From assembly GCF_000150275.1 (NCBI RefSeq), contig NW_002060948.1, forward strand, positions 4,634,336-4,698,335: DNA of 64,000 nt, in the 5' to 3' direction. A program made the translations under genes and the position numbers. How positions within the stretch are numbered: the first letter of the stretch is position 1; every line of letters begins with the position of its first letter. The notes beneath the pieces are model-generated. The model did no database searches. It worked only from the letters and a program-made list of their open reading frames with translations, and was not told the origin of the DNA. Of the stretch, positions 55,559-64,000 are shown piece after piece. The DNA is from Trichoplax adhaerens (taxonomy: Eukaryota > Animalia > Placozoa).

Positions 55559-57889
55559 TTAAGTTTATTGGAATGCTTAATATTGAATAGTCTACTATAG
55601 CTAGCTTAGAAATAGAACATTTGAAAGTCAAAATAACTATTAATTTATTCACGATTTTTTCCGATGAAACATTCGGCAACATTTAGGTTAAATAAATACG
55701 AAATCGGTTGCAACTTGATTGCCGAAGGCATCGACAATTTAAACAACTTTTAACTATCCAGATTAATTAACTTTTCGGATTGTAGTCTTTTACAGGATAA
55801 TAGACTTTGAATTCATTCAAAACTGAGAACCAGTATGGTAATGTACAGCAACTTTTATCGAAAATACCGTAAATTGAATTTTAAGGTAGTACTTTTTGAG
55901 TCTTTAAGTTGATAATTCTTCGTCATGTATGATTATAAGCTGTATCACTGTGGGCTTAACAATTTAATTACTGTTACAACTATAACAATATTGCCAATTA
56001 GGTTACGACACAAAAGTGTTAATATGCTTAAACTTGTAAATTTTGTGATTTAGTAGCTTAATTTCACGTTTGTACATAGTTTATTTTGGTAGCTGTAATA
56101 TGAGCATATAATATTTCTAATATCTAAAACTACCATCAGTTTTTTAAATTGTCAGATGTAACATCGAGTAATTTTGTACAAAGCTTGTTTTCATTTAACA
56201 ATTAACTGTTTTTTATAAAGAGTCATCGTTTTCTATACAAAGCTAATAATTTGTAAAGATGCATCCTGTAATTGTACTTCCAATGAAAGATCATCAAGGT
56301 GAATGTCGTCATGACTATAAATTCAAACCTTACTGAAATAAATTTATTAGATATATAAATTGTTAAAATTTAAGTTCGCTTCTTATTTATTCTGAGACTG
56401 CAAACAAATTTATAATTACACCATTTAGAGCTGATATCTAAAATACCGTTATATCATTGTAAATGCATAAGCACACTGGAAACTACAATTTTAGACAAAT
56501 TAACTACATTCCGTTTACTAATTTTCTAATATCAAGAGTCAACTATTAAAAATGATACCGGTAAAGTTTCTAGCGAAAAACATTTTATCTTATTCAAGCA
56601 GGTATTATTAAGTCCATATTAACCAAAAAAACTAATTGCTATATAAGCTACATCTATATATGTATTTAATACCAACTTTATACGTAAAGCCGGCTTCATT
56701 TCATTACTTTACGGCGACGGGAGTTTGTACTAATATATAATTAAACGTGTGCAGGCTAAGGCTAATCATCAGAACTATAATTTGCTTTAACTCCAAAAGA
56801 GAAGGTACTTCAACGGCAATTGTACTTACTGCAAGTTACTAGAAATACTTAACTAATCGCAATATGTGCTGAACACCGAGACTAAATAAATGTAAATATT
56901 CAAAACTTATACGGTAACACATAATTTAAAATGATTTTAAGGTCATAGTATCGTAGCAGAATATGAATGTTAAATATTGCCCGTATTATTTACTCTCAAT
57001 CTCGTACCGACTAAAATTCTAAAAAAGACAGTAAAAATTACTGAAAATTTAAATTATGTCTTTATTGATGTACTGTATCTCTCCAGTTTGTCAATACGTA
57101 AATATAATATTACAGCGAATGAAATCTTAAACATTCAGATACAATTCGGTTATTGCTACAGTCATAAATAATTTATTCAATTACAGGCTTCAGGACATGA
57201 TTAACTCGTGATTTCAGACTGCTCTTTGTAAAGAAATTTTTTTTCTATGAAATAGCAGCTATAGAGCACTTGTACCATATGATACATGCCAGTCACGATG
57301 TTTAAAAATATACTTAACCTATGACCTACAGTATATCTATTTTAGATAGCAATAGTAGCCAACTAAGCATGAAATTAGCTTTCATGAAGCAAATCTAGTC
57401 AAATGAATAAGATAATAAATATTGTTACTTGTAGTAAAGGAACTACTTCAAAATATGATGATATCATTATATTGCAGATGTCAATCATGTAGAGCTGATT
57501 TATTTTGCATTATAAAAACATCCATACTAGATTGCAAAGCACACATAATCTATTACCAATCTTAACATTTGACATGTTACAGTTGAAATCATTACATGCT
57601 AACAAACCTTAGCAAAGTTCTGTTAATACTATATAATCAATGATGATTTATACGACGCCATCGCATAGATGAATAATGTCCCAGCAACACCATTAAGGCA
57701 TTTATGTTAGTGTAATAATCGGGTAGCTGCCAAAATTAAATTAACTTTTAGTACATTGTCGTTTTCTCGCATAATAAGTAGGCTACCTCATTATCATTTT
57801 AATATAATGACAGAAGAAAAGAACGTTACCCGCAATTGTACATCCGCCTACTTATCTAAGTAAAAATTACTTTCAATAACAAATAGTTC

Positions 57890-57950
57890 ATGAATAAGGG
57901 TGCCGTAGTGCACAATGAAAAATGAATAAGGGTGCCATAGTGCATAATGA
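57890..57950. repeat. 32-bp-period tandem duplication (ATGAATAAGGGTGCCRTAGTGCAYAATGA x2) upstream of CRD gene 4
   Basis: Two copies at 57890 and 57922 with 2 mismatches. Confidence 0.8.
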
Positions 57951-58100
57951 GATAACATATAAGCCTTCAGAGAAAAAATATATCTTTCAAATATTTCAGT
58001 TGGGGTACAACTTCAATTACGGAGATTAACATTATACTTTAAAAACCACAGAGTCCGAGTTCGATTTCTCTAATTATAACCATTGTTAGAAAAGATTAAA

Positions 58101-60914
58101 ATGAAGTTTCAACTGCTTTGGATCACGATAATAATGGCTTTCTCGTCCTTAATCCAGGTATCGAAGACAAACTATTCCTTATACTGCTTTGAAAGGTTAT
58201 ACTTATATGTTTAGAAAGATTTCAAGGAGAGTTTTTTCGCTGTTTATATGATAGTACATTGGACTATTTAAATGATAGAATACGGTAGGTTTTGTATCAG
58301 TCTCGAAAGCAATCTAATTTTATAGTTTTGGCTTTCAATTTGTAGTAATTCGTCTAACGATTTTTCACATTTTCAGTAATAAATCCAAATGTCGAGGGTT
58401 AATGGTCAATTGTAATTTATTGCTACCATCTATGGGTCATAAAGTCTTTGATCTCATATTGACCTGTAGACTTTCAAATTTAATTTTTATGGTCTATGAT
58501 AGTCCTGACACAAATTTGTTATACAAGCAAGTATTTTATTTAAAATTGAAGTCAAGTGTAGAACAAAATGCACGCTTGTTAGTTCATTTTAAGTACAAAT
58601 TCAATAGAGATTACTAAAATCTTGTAACAAGATGTTGCTTGAACACACATAGTACTCATATATTTATAGTATCAAATCACTTTATACTATTGCAGTTTCT
58701 ATCTTTCTATTTATTACTTGTCGTTACAAAACAGCTTTACAACAAGATAACTTAATGAACGATCAACCAGTCGATTCCCTGAACGACGTATCAGGGAGCA
58801 GTATCTACTCTATTAGAAACTATTTTCCTATACTAGTAGACTACAAAAAGACTTAGACGCCTCGTATCTTACGTTAAACACTAATCATAAGAAGTAACTA
58901 TATTATACGATTTATCGCATTTATATACTCTTTTACAATAGCAAAGACATCCTAGTTAGTAATATTAATGTTGAAACCTGATAATGAATCAAAAGCTAAT
59001 TGTATCTACTGCTACTTAATGAAGACAATAGCATTTACGAACATAGACATCGAATGGCTGATACAAAATTGTCAGATTATAATATGTCCTATCACGGAAC
59101 ATTTCTACGATAATCTACTATCTACCATAAGTAAATTACAATCACAGTGATTTGAATTGTAAGAAGATTATTCTCGATTCCCTAATTAAATTACTAATTT
59201 CAGTAGGCTGTATATATCATCATAAAAGCTGGTACTATATTTAAATATCACATATCTAAATTAGAAACTCTTCACATAAGGGTAAATTAACAAAATTATC
59301 CTAACATAGATGTTTGTATTATAATCTCGATATTACAGAGTACAGCACTGTAACACTTGCATATTTCATAATGTTTATAAATGTTACTGATGAAATTGAA
59401 CACCGAGCAATCGCTAGCTAAATGCTATCCAAACTAAGATTGGCTAAAAATATGTGCGTTTACTAATTTCTTACGTTTTCTTTGTCGTAAAACATCAACT
59501 GGGTGGGTCATCGACCCTATTCTTGCAATAATTTGCATGTAACTATAATTTTCGAGTTATTCATATGTGTTTCGGCATTACACAAGGTTAATTTTATGTA
59601 TGTGTTAAGGTCAATCCTTAACATATGCATTCATAGAATAGTTGTGATCGTAATGACTTTAATCTTCATCTGTTATTCTAGCTGACTGATTTTGTGTCAT
59701 CTTTAATAAACTGATATTTTTTGTTGATTAATTTAGGATGTTAATACTTTATCACCGACTAAGAGGGGAAAAAGATCAACTGTTAAAGCTTACTCATATA
59801 ATTCATTGACCTCCTGCGCCAATATTGGTAATATTGCTACATATTGTGGTGTGAATTATCCAGTCCCTAATGTTATTAAAACCGACGCCACTCGACTTGT
59901 AGTCGCAGCCAAGGCTTTAGTGAATTACATTAAAAATGGACCACAATTCAATGCTCCTGCTGCTTGTGTCAATGATATCAAAAACACATATTGCAGTATC
60001 CTTTTCCCACGTTGCGATTCTAAACGCAATGAAGTTAGCTTCAATACTAGCAATTGCATCAACTCTTATAATAATTGTCCCGACAGTGTGAAAAAAATCC
60101 TTCCGTCTTACATAAACTGCGACGTAATACCAAAAGGAGCATTCTACCTGAATGATTGCATTAAACCTCCTTCGTTCAATCTAAAAAACTGCCCTAACCC
60201 TCCAAGCAATGTTTTAATACCGAGATATTTAACTATGGATCCCCTCCTAGTAGATACCTCTATACCAAATTTACGATCATTTATGCAGACTCAAGGCAAC
60301 AATAAGCTATGTATCCAAAGTTTTGTTGATTTCCTTTGCGCTGATATTCCATTCTGTTCGCAAGATAGAACTATGTTGTTAACCACAGCTACCACCGGAA
60401 AATGTCAATCCTCATTTTCATGGTAAGTAGAGTTGTAATAGCTTAATTATCAATTTGTAGTTAAGGTCCAATTTACTGAATTATCAATGCTTTGCCCGTA
60501 TCAAAACGCTATCATAAATAGTTATAGTAAAAGGATAAACAATAAAGTTAATCTTTTATTTTACCGTGTGTTTTGTACCTTTAGAGCAAGAGCATATCCT
60601 TTAATTGCTAATGCAAAATATGTATAGTAAAATATGTATAGATATAGTCCACCATGTACAAGTAATTATAAGAATGTTGGGCACGGTACTAATTTGATAT
60701 TATATCTCTTAGTTTACAGCCAATCACACAAGCTGCTATGAAATATAATTTGCAATGCAGCATCTTTCCAGATGCGAATGTCAGCAAGGCTTATAATGTG
60801 CCATCAGGCACAGCTTATACCAGCAAATCATACAATAATAGTCCAAGTCAAATCATTATAGCTACATTAATTACTACTTTTATGATTTTTGTCAATGTAG
60901 TAATCCTATCGTGA
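58101..60914 (+). CDS. Twin-CRD putative GPI-anchored protein 4, 314 aa; exons 58101-58157, 59737-60422, 60713-60914
   Basis: Signal peptide MKFQLLWITIIMAFSSLIQ|; KRGKR furin site; CVNDIKNTYCSILFPRC; TG|T split Cys codon; exon 3 translated by hand as LQPITQAAMKYNLQCSIFP...IIIATLITTFMIFVNVVILS*. Confidence 0.85.
58722..59355 (-). mobile_element. Diverged family B solo LTR in intron 1 of CRD gene 4 (antisense)
   Basis: Colinear with 36303-36933; flanks CTTGT/CTTGC match 4 of 5. Confidence 0.8.
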
Positions 60915-62462
60915 TGGGTGAGTGACCTAAATTTCTATCTTTACGTTTTCCATCGCGAATACTATTCTATTTCTGAAATTTTCGGATAATACGTAACAAT
61001 TATTATAGGTAAATCTTAAAATTTGCTATCTTTAAGAAAGTATGGCAGCTACTCATATTGCGAGTACTGTAATATTTGTTAGTTTGGTACTATAGTTTTG
61101 CTTTAGGTTATTAATTTCTAATACTTAAGTAGCAGATGTAGCTATCTAAGGAAGTTTACATGTTCTATTCACAAAACTGTAACCTTTAGCTATAGTAATA
61201 TAAAAACGACCTGAATCTAACATATATTTCACATAAGTTATATACTAAATCAGCGTAGCTATTAGCAATACTTCATCAACCGATACCCATAGATTATTTT
61301 CTATGTCAGTTGCGAATTAAAAAAAACTCTTCTATTTCTTTAATTTTAAGTATGGTGATAATTTTGTACAGCATTTTTTTAACACTTATTACTTTAACAT
61401 TATCTAAACAGAAAATTTATAATTTACTATGACTTGACCATTGACTTAAATTATCATTTGATACCATTACCAGATCATAAAAATATGCCTGTGACCTTTT
61501 AGTATTGGAGCTTGTATTTACTATTATTACAGATGATGAAATCAACATTTTAACTTCAGTTCTCATTTCTATTACATAAAATCCACTAATTTGTAATGTC
61601 AATATTACGGCCTGCAACTCTCCATTAATGCACGTAAATGTGGAAACTTTCCAATATGACTATTCAGTTTTATGTCAGTTAGTTGATTCTATTTCTAGCC
61701 CCAAAGCTCTCCGATCAACAGTTCTACATAAATTTGTGTCCTAAAAATGCAATCCTTTAGATTATTTCTGCATGAAATCTTGCTCCTTAAAATAACATCA
61801 ACACTTGTTAGGCATCTACTCAAATGTTCCTATAAGCTAGCATTGGGCTATCGTATTTCTTTTACATCATTTCGAATTAACTTGATGCTTACATTGCGAT
61901 GCTTTCCAATCAACAATTCTATTTTAAAATATGAGCTGGAAATCTTTAGTTCGGATTATGTTACATGGCTAAGCTTGTTGGTCTATTTACAACATTAACA
62001 ATAACTAATCAAAAGCTCTTACAGAATGTTATTGCCTTGGCTGAAAACATAACTTTGCGATGACTAATTTCATTCTACAAGATGTGTATGCTTCAACTTT
62101 TTCATTACAGATGCTACCAGAATATTCCTTATTCAATATTTCGTTTGAAATATTGCAAACTAACTAAGCATTATGAAAATAGATACGTATACTAGTCTAT
62201 CTACGTATATCGAAAGTCGAAAGAAAAATAACGCGTAAATCGATTAAGTTTACATAATTACTAAATTATAATTGTTAGTAAGTTGAAACTGGAATTAAAT
62301 TACAAGCATGAAGTGTCGAAATCTAACAGTTCCATATATCTACTCTCAAAAGTGATGAATTTTCTTAATAGCCTGCAAAGCAAATTTCACTACCATTATC
62401 ACGTTATTCAATAGCACAAAATCTAATGTGCTTTAATTAATACTAAATATCGAAAATTATAT

Positions 62463-63107
62463 TGTGATAAAACCGATCACAAAATAACAAAATTTATAGA
62501 AAATCAGAACTTTACTAGATCTTTGTACAAGGATAAATCTACGTACAACTCTACTCTAACCGAATAAAACTACTAAAAAAGACTTCTAGATAGTACTGCT
62601 GCATAATCTAAAGTTGCCTGCTTAAATTTTTTTCGTAGCATTTGCAGCTACAATCCACATAGCAGTATCAATTATGTGCCGTAGTATCACAGTATTCCCT
62701 TACACAAAACTACTGTAATTAGCTGAAATCATTATATACCTTTTTTTACAATTATTCAGATTATTATTGGCAACAACATTTTACAACAGATCATCTAAAA
62801 TTTAATAAGATAACTTCCACAGCATTGACGCCAACATTATTTCTACAGTCCAAAATACGATGAACTACCCATGACCTAATACATGAGTTACATAGCCATT
62901 TTTAACGATAGCTTTCAGTTTAGTATCAATAGTAACTCAACACCCTATCGTACATAGTCATCTGTATTCTAATGCAGAATCTTCCATTATAATTTATGGT
63001 TAAGAATTACTAAATAAGGCTTGTGATAAATACAGAAAGCTACTATACCGTATATTATACTAAACATTGCCGATAGTCTACAATACAATACTATGTTACG
63101 TTCCTCA
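62463..63107 (-). mobile_element. Old diverged relative of family A LTR
   Basis: Both ends align with the reverse complement of 7588-8136 (CTCTACTCTA.CCGAA, ATAATCTAAAGTTGC, GCAGCTACAATCC, AGTCATCTGTA, AGTCTACAAT); the middle is more diverged. Confidence 0.7.
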
Positions 63108-64000
63108 TGTAGAGTAGTGCTGTAGAATATCCCGTAATGCTTCGTGTGAGCTATATTTCATTATATGCATCGTAAACTTTTAATGCTACTTATGTGTAAC
63201 ATTACATATTGTGCATGCATACTGCTGATTTCTATAATTCTGAGGTTAAAGGTAATCATTATTTTGGCCATTAAATAATGCGAAAAATTCTATTACCTAG
63301 CAAAAGTTTTTGCCAGCAATCTAACAGGTTGTCACGAAACAAGTCTTCGAATATCATAAGCTAAAATTCAGCTGATAGTCATAAGACCTCAGAAGGCAAT
63401 TCTATTAAGATTAACGTACTATTAAAGGTCGTAGTAGTTTATGCCTAAAACTTAGTAATAATTTGCCGCTATGTAATCACAAGACAGTTTTAATAGAACC
63501 TTTTATTCTCCCACTGCAAAGGATAATGTATAGTAGGCGGGACAACCAATAATACTTGAATAATATCAGATTACTTGAAGTTGGCATTCAGAGATAATTA
63601 TTCTTAATGCTACGTTTGTTTTATTTAATTAATCATCCTCGTTTGCAATATAATTGGTGTAAAATTGGTTATCACGTCTACATCATGTGATCTATTTCCC
63701 TAATGAAGCTGAGCTAAAGAACGTTATAAATACTTGCGCTTTACTGATGACTTGCAGCAATTTTCTCTTACCAGTTTAAGCCTATTTTCATCAATTACCT
63801 CCACAACTAATCATTATGATGAGAGCTATTACTTCTTCCATATTAGCTGCCTTAATTATCGCGCAGGTAAGTTTCAATAGTGAAATAATTCATAATCAGG
63901 TCTAGCTAGTTTAGCAGAAAGAATAAAGAAAATTATTTAGAAAATGAGAATCATTTAGTTACCGAATAAAACTTCCACTTCTAACATCAAGTGTATAATA

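Noticed and set aside
55765-55810. INFSDCSLLQD resembling CRD gene exon 3 (FFDCSLLP)
   Set aside because: Too short, no suitable acceptor and no hydrophobic tail; likely chance.
36655-59150. ORFs 36655-36846 and 58968-59150
   Set aside because: Chance ORFs inside family B LTR copies.
43014-60426. ORF-track proteins ending in a conserved Trp-stop
   Set aside because: Artefact of reading into the donor site TG|GTAAG. The spliced codon is a conserved Cys.
3385-61998. Remaining 60-93 aa ORFs, including those antisense to or overlapping real exons
   Set aside because: No motifs or splice support; expected by chance or as shadows of coding exons.
1-64000. CRISPR arrays, tRNA or rRNA genes, prokaryotic operons
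   Set aside because: None seen; the sequence is spliceosomal-intron-containing eukaryotic DNA.

Overview
AT-rich, intron-containing animal genomic DNA. The composition and orphan-GPCR expansion would fit an early-branching metazoan such as a placozoan, but this is inference and unproven. The window holds three groups of genes. (1) A tandem array of three 3-exon orphan class A (rhodopsin-like) GPCR genes on the minus strand (1.9-27.6 kb). (2) An intronless PTTG1IP/PBF-like PSI-domain membrane protein gene (38.1-38.9 kb). (3) A tandem array of four 3-exon plus-strand genes (41.8-60.9 kb), each encoding a signal peptide, usually a furin site, two Frizzled-type cysteine-rich domains and a GPI-type hydrophobic tail. 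Every CRD has 8 cysteines and appears to lack the C6-C10 disulfide pair. I do not recognise this architecture as a named family, and it is the main candidate novel system. The intergenic DNA carries about 15 solo-LTR-like elements from several families (TG..CA termini, many with 5-bp target-site duplications, one nested stack), Helitron-like 3' ends and two possible decayed genes. All gene models were spliced by hand from GT-AG sites and reading-frame continuity.
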